Source of the DNA: an uncultured Candidatus Binatia bacterium
Lineage (GTDB): Bacteria > Desulfobacterota > Binatia > UBA9968 > JAJDTQ01
Assembly: GCA_965215605.1 (NCBI GenBank)
Contig: OZ244070.1
Coordinates: 768,001 to 832,000, forward strand
Direction of reading: 5' to 3'
Length of the DNA: 64,000 nucleotides
Shown here: piece by piece, positions 18,533 through 28,906 of the stretch
Position numbering within the stretch: position 1 is the first letter of the stretch
Layout: each line of letters starts with the position of its first letter
Position numbers and translations under genes: made by a program
Notes under the pieces: model-generated
Database searches by the model: none
The model's input: the letters and a program-made list of their open reading frames with translations, nothing else
What the model was told of the DNA's origin: nothing

Positions 18533-19744
18533 TCAGGCAGATGATACTGCTGTCTCCAAACCGTCCTCCAGGCGCTGCTTGATCCGTTGCAGGAAGCGGG
18601 CGCCGATGGCGCCGTCCACGACGCGGTGGTCGGCGGAAAGGGTCATGGTCATCATGGCGCGGATGGCGATGTCGTCGCCGTGGGGGACCACGCGGGGCGC
18701 CACACGGCCCACGGCCAGGATGCCGCATTGCGGCGGGTTGATGATGGCGGTGAAGCTGTCGACGCCGAACATGCCGAGGTTGGATACCGTGAAGGTGCCG
18801 CCCTGGTAGTCCGTGGGCATCAGCTTGCGGTTCTGGGCCTGGGCGGCCAGCTCACGGCTGCGTAGCGCCAGCTCCTCCAGGGGAACCTTGTCGGCATTGC
18901 GGATCACGGGGACCACGAGGCCTTCGTCCACGGCAACGGCCACGCCGAGGTTCACTTCGCCGTACTGTTCGATTCCCTTGTCCGTCCACGACGCGTTCAT
19001 GGCCGGTGATTCCGCCAGCGCCCGGCCCACGGCCTCCAGGATGAAGTCATTGACGGACGGCACGGGCTGGGCCCCTTGCTGCTTCAAAGCGTCGCGCCGG
19101 GCCTCGACGCCGGTCATATCCACTTCCATGTTCAGGTAGAAGTGTGGCGCCGTCTGCTTGCTCGACGTCATGCGTTCGCCCATCAAACGGCGCATGCGGC
19201 TGAGAGGGACGGAACGCCCGGCACCGGCTTCCGCGGCCGCGGCGCCCGGAGCCAGGGGAGGCACGTCACGCGCCATCACCGCGCCCTCCGGCCCGGTGCC
19301 CGTCAGACCGGCGAGGTCGAGGCCCTGCTCTTTCGCCAGCCGTTTGGCCGCCGGAGATGCGAGAGTCCGGCCGGTTTGATGATTTGCCGCGGTCGATGCA
19401 GCGACAGTCGCCGGGGCCTTCGTCGGCTTCCGCGTTGACGCGCGACCCTTGCGCTTGCCTCGGCGCGGAGGGCTCGCGGATTTTTCCGGCGCGGATCCCG
19501 CCTCGGCCGGTTCCATGATGAGCCCGATGGTCTGTCCCACGGGGATGTCGTCGTCCGGCGCCGCGGTGACCTGGGCCAGGATTCCGGAAGCGGGTGCCTC
19601 CACCTCCACCACGGACTTGTCCGTCTCCACCTCCATCAGCATCTCGCCCTTGGTGACGGAGTCCCCTTCCTGCTTGAACCAGCGCACCAGTCGACCCGTC
19701 TCCTGGGTCGCTCCCATGGCCGGCATGATCACGTTCACCGCCAT
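18533..19744 (-). CDS. Dihydrolipoamide acyltransferase (E2) family protein
   Basis: Lipoyl domain EVETDKSVVEV, E3-binding ASPAAKRLA...GTGPEG, catalytic DHRVVDG. Confidence 0.93.
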   Translation of the reverse strand: MAVNVIMPAMGATQETGRLVRWFKQEGDSVTKGEMLMEVETDKSVVEVEAPASGILAQVTAAPDDDIPVGQTIGLIMEPAEAGSAPEKSASPPRRGKRKGRASTRKPTKAPATVAASTAANHQTGRTLASPAAKRLAKEQGLDLAGLTGTGPEGAVMARDVPPLAPGAAAAEAGAGRSVPLSRMRRLMGERMTSSKQTAPHFYLNMEVDMTGVEARRDALKQQGAQPVPSVNDFILEAVGRALAESPAMNASWTDKGIEQYGEVNLGVAVAVDEGLVVPVIRNADKVPLEELALRSRELAAQAQNRKLMPTDYQGGTFTVSNLGMFGVDSFTAIINPPQCGILAVGRVAPRVVPHGDDIAIRAMMTMTLSADHRVVDGAIGARFLQRIKQRLEDGLETAVSSA

Positions 19745-19816
19745 CGCCTTCAGCTTCTGTAGCCCGGGATAGAGACGGGGCAGGAGCCGCACGGCCCCTG
19801 CCCGGGTTGGTTCGGA

Positions 19817-20335
19817 TTACTCGTAGGAAACGCCGGGGATGGGCTTCTCCAGAACTTCCTCCAGGGTGGTGGCGCGGGACCACTGCTCGGCCGGCCGGCT
19901 CTCGCCCTCCCAGCCGATCTGGTCCATGGTGGCGTAGAGCTCGATCTGGAAGCCGTCCGGATCGAGGAACTCCACGCCCGGGTTGCAGCCCGGACCCCTG
20001 CGGCCTTCGTACACGATGGGCACGTTGTTGGCCTTCAGGAATTCGCGGATCTTGAACAGCTCGGTGACGCTCCCCACCTCCAGGGCGAAATGGTTGAACG
20101 CCACCTGGTCCGGCTCGGGCTGCCCCTTGTTGGACTTGGACGGGAACAGCGCAACCGTATGGTGATCCGACGCGTTGCGAAGAAAGATCATGCCGCGCTC
20201 GTTGACGTCGGACACCTGGAAGCCCATGATCTCCGTCCAGAACTTCGTGCTGCGCTCCAGGTCGCTCACGTTGAACACCACGTGCCCGATCTTCTTGACC
20301 TTGATGGGTGTCGTTTCCTCACTGATCATGTTCAT
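19817..20335 (-). CDS. VOC family protein
   Basis: KIGHVVFNVSDLERS, DHHTVAL, NHFALEV, FLDPDGFQIE. Confidence 0.88.
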   Translation of the reverse strand: MNMISEETTPIKVKKIGHVVFNVSDLERSTKFWTEIMGFQVSDVNERGMIFLRNASDHHTVALFPSKSNKGQPEPDQVAFNHFALEVGSVTELFKIREFLKANNVPIVYEGRRGPGCNPGVEFLDPDGFQIELYATMDQIGWEGESRPAEQWSRATTLEEVLEKPIPGVSYE

Positions 20336-20397
20336 CTCCTTTCCCTACAGGCACGGGGAGTCTCTGGACCCCGGTGGCCCGCGTTCTTGGCGGTTTC

Positions 20398-20727
20398 CTA
20401 GTCGATGTGGACGAAAGCCCTGGCCCAGTTGTCCGGCGCCAGCGTGTGCCCCTGCCCGGTAACGTCCTCTGCCAGGAACACGTCGCCGGCCACGAAGGTC
20501 CGCGACGTGCCATCACCCACGCGGATCTCGGCGGAGCCCGCGAGAGTAATGCAGTATTGCCGGCGCGGCGCCGTGTGAAAGTCTCCCAGATGGGTCGCGG
20601 GATCGTTCTTCAACACCAGGCCGGTGACCGGCAGGGTTTCGAAGAAATGGCCGCCGTCCGCACTCGTGTCCATATCCTCGAAATGGGACTGGCCGTCGTC
20701 CCCGGTAAACAATCGAACGAACTGCAC
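20398..20727 (-). CDS. Small cupin-fold protein
   Basis: RLFTGDDGQSHFED, FHTAPRRQ, AEDVTGQGH; GTG start with AGGAGG RBS. Confidence 0.8.
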   Translation of the reverse strand: MQFVRLFTGDDGQSHFEDMDTSADGGHFFETLPVTGLVLKNDPATHLGDFHTAPRRQYCITLAGSAEIRVGDGTSRTFVAGDVFLAEDVTGQGHTLAPDNWARAFVHID

Positions 20728-20874
20728 GGTGAACCTCCTGTGTGTCCGAAGGCGCGGCGCGGCGCGTCCCCCTTTGTACGCCTTCGGGCACGGGTAGATC
20801 AATCGCCGGCCGCGCCACAGGTTTGTCCGGGCCGGTGTGTTATACTCGCCGCCATCCAAAACCGGGAGGCTTCC

Positions 20875-21636
20875 ATGCGACTCAAGGACAAGGTCACCAT
20901 CATCACCGGGGGCGGACACGGGCTCGGCAAAGCCTACGCCAGGCGGTTTGCGGAGGAAGGCGCTCGGGTGGTCATCGCCGACATCGACGCCGCCGCGGGC
21001 GAAACCGTGGCCCAGGAACTGACCCAGTCGGGTCAGTCCGGATGGGCCCGGGCCACCGACGTCACGAAATACGACAGCATCGAGGGGCTGGTGGCGGAAA
21101 CCCTCGACCGGTTCGGCCGCATCGACGTGCTGCTCAACAACGCCGCCATCTACGTGACCCAGACAATGTGGATGGGCCGGGTGGAGGACTGCCCGCTGGA
21201 CGAGTGGGACCGGGTCATGGAGGTGAACCTCAAGGGCGTCTTCCTGTGCTGCCGCGCGGTCATTCCCGTGATGAAGGAGCAGAAGTCCGGCAAGATCATC
21301 AACATCGCGTCAGGCACCTTCCTGAACGGCACCAGCAACATGCCCCACTACACCAGCTCCAAGGGCGGCGTAGTCGGCCTCACCCGGGTCATGGCCAGGC
21401 AGCTCGGGGACTGGAACATCAACGTCAACTGCATGACCCCCGGCTCCACCATGAGCGAGGACGTGATCACCGACGAGATTCGCAAGCGACGGTCCGACAG
21501 CGCCGGCCGCCGGGCCTTCAAGCGCATACAGGTTCCCGAGGACGTCACCGGCACCGCGCTGTTCCTGGCCAGCGCCGACAGCGACTTCATGACCGGGCAA
21601 CTGCTGGTGGTGGAGGGGGGCGGGATCATTCATTAG
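20875..21636 (+). CDS. Short-chain dehydrogenase/reductase
   Basis: TGGGHGLG, NNAA, YTSSK, VNCMTPG. Confidence 0.94.
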   Translation: MRLKDKVTIITGGGHGLGKAYARRFAEEGARVVIADIDAAAGETVAQELTQSGQSGWARATDVTKYDSIEGLVAETLDRFGRIDVLLNNAAIYVTQTMWMGRVEDCPLDEWDRVMEVNLKGVFLCCRAVIPVMKEQKSGKIINIASGTFLNGTSNMPHYTSSKGGVVGLTRVMARQLGDWNINVNCMTPGSTMSEDVITDEIRKRRSDSAGRRAFKRIQVPEDVTGTALFLASADSDFMTGQLLVVEGGGIIH

Positions 21637-21704
21637 GCGGAAGCAAGCGAGGAGCGCTCTCGTGCGGAAGGTCCTGACGTCTTCGACAACGATCATGAAG
21701 CGTT

Positions 21705-22565
21705 TCATTGACAGCAACCGGCCTGCGATTCCGTGTCCCACACCAGCTTGAGACTCCCGCACGGTTCCCCGATCTCGCCCCGCGCCCGCTCCGGCGGATA
21801 GCCCAGACAGTTTGAGACGTAGCGCACGCCGTCGATGAGCCGGTCGCGGTTGCGGTGCTGGTGGCCGTGGACGTGGACGACCGAGCCCAGCGCCCGGAGC
21901 TGGGCCTCGATCCGCGTGCTGCCGGCGACCCGGCTGAAGTTGAAACGGATGGCGCGGCCGGCCCGGGCGGGCGGGGACGCCGGCGAGCGGAACATCACCT
22001 CCCGCCTGGGCAGGAAGTGGCTGAACGACAGCACCGGGGCGTCGTACTCGCGACCGAGGTGAGGCTCGTTCATGTCGAGAAAGTAGTCCGCCGCCGACAG
22101 CCGTTCCGGCCACCGGGTCAGGACTTCATCCGCCCACATGGAGAGGCCCGAGTCGTCACCTTGTCTGGGGACGTAAAGGCTCTCGTCGCCCTGCTCGGGT
22201 TTCACGTACCACGAGAACAGCGGCACCACCCACGCTCCGGGATCGCCGGAGCCGCTGGCCACCTTGGCAGGACTCGTGGCAACGTCAAGGCCGGCGCACA
22301 ACCGCATGATCTTTCCGAACTTGGCCACGGAGTCTCCCTGCTCACCGCGCCGGAGCCAAAGCTCGTGGTTCCCGGGAACGAAGAAGACGTGGGCGAACCG
22401 TTCACGGAGGCCTCGGAGAACACGTGCCAGCCTGGCGAGGTCGTCGGTCACGTCGCCCGCCAGCAGCAACGTGTCATGCTGGTGGTCCTCGGCGTGAAGC
22501 GCTTGTATCAAGGCCATGTTCTGCGGGTAGTCCGCGTGCACGTCGGATATGGCGAAAATACGCAT
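21705..22565 (-). CDS. Metallophosphoesterase (calcineurin-like)
   Basis: ISDVH, LAGDV, PGNHE, SHFLP, HGHQH. Confidence 0.9.
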   Translation of the reverse strand: MRIFAISDVHADYPQNMALIQALHAEDHQHDTLLLAGDVTDDLARLARVLRGLRERFAHVFFVPGNHELWLRRGEQGDSVAKFGKIMRLCAGLDVATSPAKVASGSGDPGAWVVPLFSWYVKPEQGDESLYVPRQGDDSGLSMWADEVLTRWPERLSAADYFLDMNEPHLGREYDAPVLSFSHFLPRREVMFRSPASPPARAGRAIRFNFSRVAGSTRIEAQLRALGSVVHVHGHQHRNRDRLIDGVRYVSNCLGYPPERARGEIGEPCGSLKLVWDTESQAGCCQ

Positions 22566-22886
22566 GGCGGGTCTCGGGGCAAGTTCTTCATCCGCCTTCA
22601 TAACAGTTCCGTCTTGTGATCCGTAGACGCCTTGGATATGATCCGGTCCGGCCCTGAAACGGGCTGAACCTCCTGGTGATGGCCCTGATGATCATTTTCC
22701 CGGCGCTGGTGCTGTGGCTGCCGGGGCTGATGAACTGAGCCCTCGGCCATCCCTTCCCGTTCCCGCCCGGATCCAGCGAACCAGCCCTAAAGTTTTCGAT
22801 GGTTCCGTCGATCTTCTCATACAGAGGGGCCGGGTTTCCATGAACCCGGCATGACCAAAACGTTCTTGCGCAAAGGAGGTGTCAAG

Positions 22887-23534
22887 ATGCGCAAAGGTAT
22901 GAGAGTCGGTTGGCGCGGACTGTTGTCCGCCGCGGTGTTCGGTATGATCCTGGGCGGGGTCTATCCCGCGTGGGGACAGAACATCTTCATCAACGAGGTC
23001 CATTACGACAACCGCGGCACGGACGCGGACGAGGGCCTCGAGGTGGCCGGGCCCGCGGGCACCGACCTGAAAGGATGGAGCCTCGTTCTCTACAACGGCA
23101 AGAACGGAAAGCCGTACCGGACCGTTCCGCTGGAGGGGTCCTTTGCCGACCAGCAGGGAGGCTACGGCACATTGTCGTTCCCCATCAGCCGCATCGAGAA
23201 CGGCGCCCCGGACGGTATCGCGCTGGTCAACGCCGCCGACGAAGTGGTTCAGTTCCTGAGCTACGAGGGCGGCTTCACCGCCGCTTCGGGACCCGCCCAA
23301 GGTCTTGCGGCCACGGACATAGGCGTCCGGGAATCCAACAACACGCAGGCCGGCCATTCGCTCCAACTCAGGGGCTCGGGCAACTCGCCCGGCGACTTCG
23401 CCTGGCACGGACCCGGCCAGGCCACCCCCGGCCTGGTGAACGCGGACCAGACCTTCGTGGCCTCGCCGCGGGAAACCACCGGCGGCGGGCAGACCGGTTC
23501 CGCCCCCGTGGAGGTGGTGAAGGAGAGCCGCTGA
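22887..23534 (+). CDS. Secreted lamin-tail-domain-like protein
   Basis: RBS AAGGAGG, signal peptide, FINEVHYDN.G.D..E..E, DL.GWSLVLYNG, NGAPDGIAL, ATPG..N. Confidence 0.75.
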   Translation: MRKGMRVGWRGLLSAAVFGMILGGVYPAWGQNIFINEVHYDNRGTDADEGLEVAGPAGTDLKGWSLVLYNGKNGKPYRTVPLEGSFADQQGGYGTLSFPISRIENGAPDGIALVNAADEVVQFLSYEGGFTAASGPAQGLAATDIGVRESNNTQAGHSLQLRGSGNSPGDFAWHGPGQATPGLVNADQTFVASPRETTGGGQTGSAPVEVVKESR

Positions 23535-23702
23535 GTCGAGGCCTGCCCCGGCTTGGCGGAGATATGGGCTTCCCGCGCCGCAGCGGGAAGCCCCCTTTTC
23601 ACGAGTCCGGCAACGGTCCTGCCGTTGACGCACCATGGTCCTTCCAGTAACGTAAGGCCGTCGACGTCGGTCGGGAATACACACTCGGAAGGAACGAAAC
23701 CC

Positions 23703-24563
23703 ATGGCAAAGTTTCGCATACAGCCGCACGGCAGACTCCAGGAGTGGGTGGCGCATGAACTGGGGTATTTCACGGACGAGGGGCTGGATTACGATTTCGT
23801 CTTCGGCATCGTTTCGCAGCAGTCCGAGAAGCCCAAGGAAGTCCGTCACGGCGCCCTCGAAGACATGAAGGAAGGACGGGCCTGCGACGTGAGCTCGGCC
23901 TGTCACTGGATGGTCAACGTGGCCGCCACCGGGCAGCACGGCCGCATGTGGGGACACGCCTACTCGGTGACGCCCTCGGGCATCTTCGTGCCGCCGGAAT
24001 CCGACATCCGCAAGCCCCGGGACCTGGCCAACGTCGAGATCGCGGTGGGATACCACTCCGGGAGCCACTTCTCGGCGCTGCAGGCGCTGGAGGCCATCCT
24101 CGACTCCTCCGAGGTGAAGCTGCAGTTCGCCGGCCGGCCGTTGGACCGCATGGCGCGGCTGCTGGAACGCGATGTGCCGGCCGGCAACGTCTTCGGCGCG
24201 CCCATGTACGTGCTGGAGCAGCAGGGTTTCCGGAAGATCGTCGATACCACATTCATGATCGGCTTCCTGCTGGAGCCGGAGGCCGACGAAGAGGAGGCGA
24301 GGAAGTACTTCAACGCGCTGCAACGCGCGCAACGCGACATCGACATGGAGCCGGAGCGCTACCGGCACTATCTCCTGAAGGAGATCCCCGAACGCTACCA
24401 CGAGCTGGTGGACGTCAACGCGATGGGGGTCGGCGAGCGCATGGTCTTCGAGCCCTACACCCGGGAAGTGTACGAGAAAACGCACCGCTGGATCGCGACC
24501 CGGAACCTCTTCAGCGCCGACACGCCCCTCGACGAGCCCTACGAGTCCGCCGTGGCGCTATAG
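23703..24563 (+). CDS. ABC-type substrate-binding-fold protein (NMT1/SsuA-like, no signal peptide)
   Basis: WVAHELGYFTDEGLD, SDIRKPRDLA, GSHF. Confidence 0.7.
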   Translation: MAKFRIQPHGRLQEWVAHELGYFTDEGLDYDFVFGIVSQQSEKPKEVRHGALEDMKEGRACDVSSACHWMVNVAATGQHGRMWGHAYSVTPSGIFVPPESDIRKPRDLANVEIAVGYHSGSHFSALQALEAILDSSEVKLQFAGRPLDRMARLLERDVPAGNVFGAPMYVLEQQGFRKIVDTTFMIGFLLEPEADEEEARKYFNALQRAQRDIDMEPERYRHYLLKEIPERYHELVDVNAMGVGERMVFEPYTREVYEKTHRWIATRNLFSADTPLDEPYESAVAL

Positions 24564-24761
24564 CGCTCCCTGATTCGCCTTCCCGACAACGGCAGTCCCG
24601 GCCCCGTCGCCGGCGGCTGCCGTTTCATTTTCGGCCGCCCTGCCCGATGCAACACTCGGTTCTTCTCTTGCAAGCCGCTGTCAAGACGCAGTAGATTGGC
24701 CTTCTCGCCACCTGCCGCCACAGACGGACCCGCGAAGACGCCGGGCCATCAGGAGGATCTC

Positions 24762-25626
24762 ATGGCCATCAATGCTCGACCGATCGCCTCGCCGGACGCG
24801 GACTACGCCCTCATCGACTCCGACGCGCACGTGGTGGAGACGGAACGGACCTGGGAGTTCATGGATCCGGAGGACGAGAAGTACCGCCCGGTATTGGCGG
24901 CGCATCCCACCGACCCCCACGTCCAATGGTGGATCATCAACGGACAGGCTCGGGGCTTCCGGTTCGTGACACTCACCGAGGAAGAGATGGCCGAGCGGTC
25001 CCGCGAGCAGGGCCGGGACCTGGTGACCCCCATCGGCTCCCGCGAGGACGACGTGGAACGGCGCCTCCGGCACATGGATCGTCTGGGCATCGACACCCAA
25101 GTGCTGTTCCACACCCTGTGGACGGTGCCCACCACCGACCGGCCGGAGGTGGAGCTGGCGCAACGGCAACCAGGACATCATCGATATCACGAGGCCGGCC
25201 TATGATCCCGCCGCCTTCGGCCTGATGCGGTTCCGCCTCATGACCGCGGGCTCGTGCGAGGGCCTGATCGAGAGCCAACTGCCGCTCAAGTTTCCCGATC
25301 TCCGCTGGGCCTTCATCGAGGCCGGCTCCATGTGGCTGCCCTGGATGCTGCACGAGGCCAAGCGCCGCAGCCTGCAGCGCGGCACCCCCTTGCCCGACGA
25401 CGTGCTCAAGGAGTTCAACATCTTCGTCACCTGCCAGAACGACGACGAGCTGGCCTACACCCGCCGGTGCGGACCGGACAACCTCGTCATCGGCAGCGAC
25501 TACGGCCACTACGACGGCTCGAGCCAGATGGACGCCTTGCGCGTGATGCGGCAGCGGACGGACATCGACGAAGAGTCGAAACGGAAGATCCTGAACGACA
25601 ATCCCAAGAGGTTGTGGCGGTTGTAG
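24762..25626 (+). pseudogene. Amidohydrolase pseudogene with internal deletion and frameshift
   Basis: N-half (IDSDAHVVE...EVELA) joined near 25160 out of frame to C-half (GNGNQD...FIEAG...GSDYGH); the YNRW-to-H segment seen in the paralogues is missing. Confidence 0.85.
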
Positions 25627-25714
25627 TACACTAAAACCCCGCGGCGCGTTGCCCATCGGGTAGCCAGGACGAGCGCGCCGAGGCGGCGCCATGACGTGCC
25701 CTTGGGCTCGTCCG

Positions 25715-26857
25715 TCAAAGGCGGGTGTTTTCGATCTCCAGACCCAGAGCATGCTTCCCGGCCAGGTCGTAGGCGACTTGGCGCGCCTGCGCATGCTGGC
25801 TGATCACATGCAGGTCCTGGAAGTGGCGCTGGATGATGTTGCCTTCGTAGATGACGGTGGTGCCGGAGGCGTTGTAGAGCTGCTCCACCACATGCACCGC
25901 GACCCGAATGCAATGGGTCGTCGCCAACCGCAACGCAACCCGCCGGTCCAGGGTGAACGCTTCCTCCGACGCGGCTTCGTCCCACAGTGCGCGGACCGCG
26001 TCACGCAGATAAGCCCGACCAGACGCAAGGGCGGCCAGGGTCTGGCCCACCGTCGCCTGCACCGCCGGCTGGTCGCGCAGCAGGGCCCGCATGGAGTGGG
26101 GCGTCTTGGCTCCGGCCAGCTCCATGAACGCGTCCAGGCACGACCGGGCCGCCCCCAAGGCGAGGGCGGCGTCACCGCACGCGAACAGCAGGACGGTGGA
26201 GAGCCGGTAGAGCGCACCGGGCTCCACCACAGGGGCGCCGCGCTGGCGCACCGTACGCTCGGCCGGAACGAAGGCGCCGTCCACCGCAAAGTCGTTGGTG
26301 CCGGTGCCGCGCATGCCGCGGACCTTCCATGTATCCAGCACCGTCACCTCGGCCGCGGGCACGAACAGGAATTTCTGCACCGGCTCACCGTTGTCCGGGA
26401 TCCACGCCCGGGCGGCGAACCATGACGCGTGCCGGCAACCGGAGCTGAAACGATGACGCCCGGTGACGCGGTACCCGCCCGGGATCGGCGCCGCTTCCGA
26501 CGTGGGCATGGCGGTGTTGGCCACCACACAGCGCGGCGTGTCGGTCCAGATCTCCCGGGCGATCTCATGGGGCATGCGCGCCGCGTAAGTGGCGAAGATC
26601 GAACACTGGTTGACGATCCACGCGGCGCTGGCGTCGGCCTCGCCAAGCTCCCCCAGGACCTCGATGTAGGACGGCAGGTCGATCTCGACGCCGCCCAGCG
26701 ACCGCGGCAGCGCGAGCTTGAACAGCCCGGCGTCCGCCAACTCGTCGAACAGTGCCCGCGGCAACTCGCGCTCCGCCTCGATCCGGTCGGCGCAGGATCG
26801 GATCGTCGAGGCCAGCGCCCTGGCGGCGTCCAGCATGGGATGGTTCGTGGATGACAT
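25715..26857 (-). CDS. Acyl-CoA dehydrogenase-fold flavin monooxygenase (HsaA-like)
   Basis: GLFKLALPRSLGG, FSSGC.HA.W, DTWKVRGMRGTGTND, QRHFQDLH. Confidence 0.85.
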   Translation of the reverse strand: MSSTNHPMLDAARALASTIRSCADRIEAERELPRALFDELADAGLFKLALPRSLGGVEIDLPSYIEVLGELGEADASAAWIVNQCSIFATYAARMPHEIAREIWTDTPRCVVANTAMPTSEAAPIPGGYRVTGRHRFSSGCRHASWFAARAWIPDNGEPVQKFLFVPAAEVTVLDTWKVRGMRGTGTNDFAVDGAFVPAERTVRQRGAPVVEPGALYRLSTVLLFACGDAALALGAARSCLDAFMELAGAKTPHSMRALLRDQPAVQATVGQTLAALASGRAYLRDAVRALWDEAASEEAFTLDRRVALRLATTHCIRVAVHVVEQLYNASGTTVIYEGNIIQRHFQDLHVISQHAQARQVAYDLAGKHALGLEIENTRL

Positions 26858-26930
26858 CACAGCCCTAGTGTCCTGTCTGGAGCAGCGCGGATCGAACCTT
26901 CGTCCAACTTGTTCCACTCATGCGCGGGTG

Positions 26931-28241
26931 TCAACTCAGCATGAGCCGGGGCAGAGTCAACACCAGGGCGGGAAAGGCGATCATGACCGCCAGATTCAAC
27001 ATGTCGAGGAGCACAAAGGGAAAGCAGCTCTTGTAGATCTCCACCATGGAAGCGTCCGGCACCACCCCCTTGAGCACGAACAACTGCAGACCGAAGGGCG
27101 GCGTGGTGTTGGCGACTTCCATGTTCAGAAGCATCAGGATGCCGAACCAGATGGGATCGAACCCGAGTTGGGCGGCCAGCGGGAAGTAGATGGGCACGGT
27201 GATCATCATGATGGAAATCTGGTCCACGAACATGCCCAGCACGAGCACGATCAGCATCATGAGCACCAGGATCACCACCGGCGAGGCCGGGAGGCCCGAC
27301 ACCAGCTCCACGAGACCACGGCTGGCTCCAGTGAACGCCAGCACCTGGCTGAAGGCATTGGACGCCAGGATGATCATGAGCACCACGACCGAAACCCGCA
27401 CGGTGCTCATCACCGCCTGCACCATGACCTTGAACGTCAGGCTGCGGTACATGGCGGCCACCAGGGCCGTGCTCAGCACCCCCAGGGCCGCCGCCTCCGT
27501 GGGCGTGGCCACGCCGATGAAGATCACCCCCAGCACCATGAACACGATGAGGCTCAGGGGCGCCAAGTGCAGCAGGCTCACGAGCTTCTCTCGCGTGGAC
27601 ACATGCGCGACGTCGTAGATGGGTGCCGACGCGGGACGCAGCTTGGCCCGGATGACGATGTAGGCCGCGTAAAGGCCGGCCATGAAGAGACCCGGGCCGA
27701 TGCCGGCGATCAGGAGCTTGCCGATGGAGATCTCCGCGAGGCTGCCCAGCAAGACGCCCATGGCCGTGGGCGGGACGATGGCCGCGAGACCGCCGGCCGC
27801 CGATATGGGGCCCACGGACATCAGGTAACTGTAACCCCTGCGTCGCATCTCCGGCACCAGCGTCGTCCCCAGCATGGCGGTGGTGGCCATGCTGGAGCCG
27901 CTGAGGGTGGAGAAGAGCGTGCCGCCGCTCACCGCCAGAAGGCTGAGCCGCCCGGGTATGCCGCCGATCCACTTGTCCAGGGCATCAAGGGTGCGCACCG
28001 CAAGCCCTGATCGGAACATGATCTCGCCCATGAGGATGAAGAGCACCACCGGGGCCAGCACGAAGCTCGCCAGGGTGGCGAAGGCGCTGGTCGCCATGAG
28101 CCGCAGCGCCGGGAAGCCCCCCATGAACAGGTAGAAACCGCCGATGTTGATCAGGAGAAAGGCGAACGCCACCGGCGTGCCGGCCACGAACAGGACCATC
28201 AGCACGCCGAGCATCAAGGCCAGGACTTCGTACCACTCCAT
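26931..28241 (-). CDS. dctM: TRAP transporter large permease
   Basis: Polytopic membrane protein; SGSSMAT, IVPP, ATPTEAA, TPPFG. Confidence 0.93.
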   Translation of the reverse strand: MEWYEVLALMLGVLMVLFVAGTPVAFAFLLINIGGFYLFMGGFPALRLMATSAFATLASFVLAPVVLFILMGEIMFRSGLAVRTLDALDKWIGGIPGRLSLLAVSGGTLFSTLSGSSMATTAMLGTTLVPEMRRRGYSYLMSVGPISAAGGLAAIVPPTAMGVLLGSLAEISIGKLLIAGIGPGLFMAGLYAAYIVIRAKLRPASAPIYDVAHVSTREKLVSLLHLAPLSLIVFMVLGVIFIGVATPTEAAALGVLSTALVAAMYRSLTFKVMVQAVMSTVRVSVVVLMIILASNAFSQVLAFTGASRGLVELVSGLPASPVVILVLMMLIVLVLGMFVDQISIMMITVPIYFPLAAQLGFDPIWFGILMLLNMEVANTTPPFGLQLFVLKGVVPDASMVEIYKSCFPFVLLDMLNLAVMIAFPALVLTLPRLMLS

Positions 28242-28248
28242 CTCGTGC

Positions 28249-28797
28249 TCAGAGGGAATCCTGGCCTACGGGACCTGGTCCGTCCGGAACCGGTCCGCCG
28301 CGGCGCAGCACCCCGACGTTGTGCCACGCCTGACGCAGGAACTCGATGAACAGCAGGAGGCCGCCGATGAAGATGGGAAGGATCAGCGGCCAGCGCTTGA
28401 CCCGCCACGCCTTCAGCTCCGCATGGCCGCCCAGGTAGGAATCCCAGGTCTCCCAGGCGCCTTCCCACGCCAGCACCACCGCGCCCAGCGCCGCCACCAG
28501 CGGCACCAGGATGGCCAGGATCAGCTGCGTCCTCGGCCCGAGCCTTTCCACCACGATCTCCACGCGCGTGTGTGCGTGGTCGCGCAGCACCCAGGGCGCT
28601 CCCAGCATGGTAATATAGACCAGTGAATATTCGGTGAGGTCCACCGCCCAGATGGTGGGGTTGTTGAAGAAGTAACGCGCCACCACCTCGTAGAGCACCG
28701 AGAAGGTCACCGTCACCACCAAAAGCCCCGCCAGGTAGGCGAAGCCGTTCAGCAGCGAGTCCCAGGCCCGCTCCAGAGTCTGCCCGAGTTGCGGCAT
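28249..28797 (-). CDS. dctQ: TRAP transporter small permease
   Basis: Four TM segments, EVVARYFFN.P..W, H..V; between dctP and dctM. Confidence 0.9.
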   Translation of the reverse strand: MPQLGQTLERAWDSLLNGFAYLAGLLVVTVTFSVLYEVVARYFFNNPTIWAVDLTEYSLVYITMLGAPWVLRDHAHTRVEIVVERLGPRTQLILAILVPLVAALGAVVLAWEGAWETWDSYLGGHAELKAWRVKRWPLILPIFIGGLLLFIEFLRQAWHNVGVLRRGGPVPDGPGPVGQDSL

Positions 28798-28818
28798 GTT
28801 GAGGTTTGATCCCCCGGC

Positions 28819-28847
28819 GGGCCGTCCGCGGCGCGCGCGGAAGGCCC
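28819..28847. other. GC-rich stem-loop between dctP and dctQ (possible mRNA stability element)
   Basis: GGGCC-GT-CCGCG-GCG-CGCGG-AA-GGCCC hairpin, no U-tract. Confidence 0.4.
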
Positions 28848-28906
28848 GGCGGGTCTTTCACCGCCTGAGGGCGTGAAGAAGCGCCCCGTGCCGTAGTGCT
28901 TTCGCT

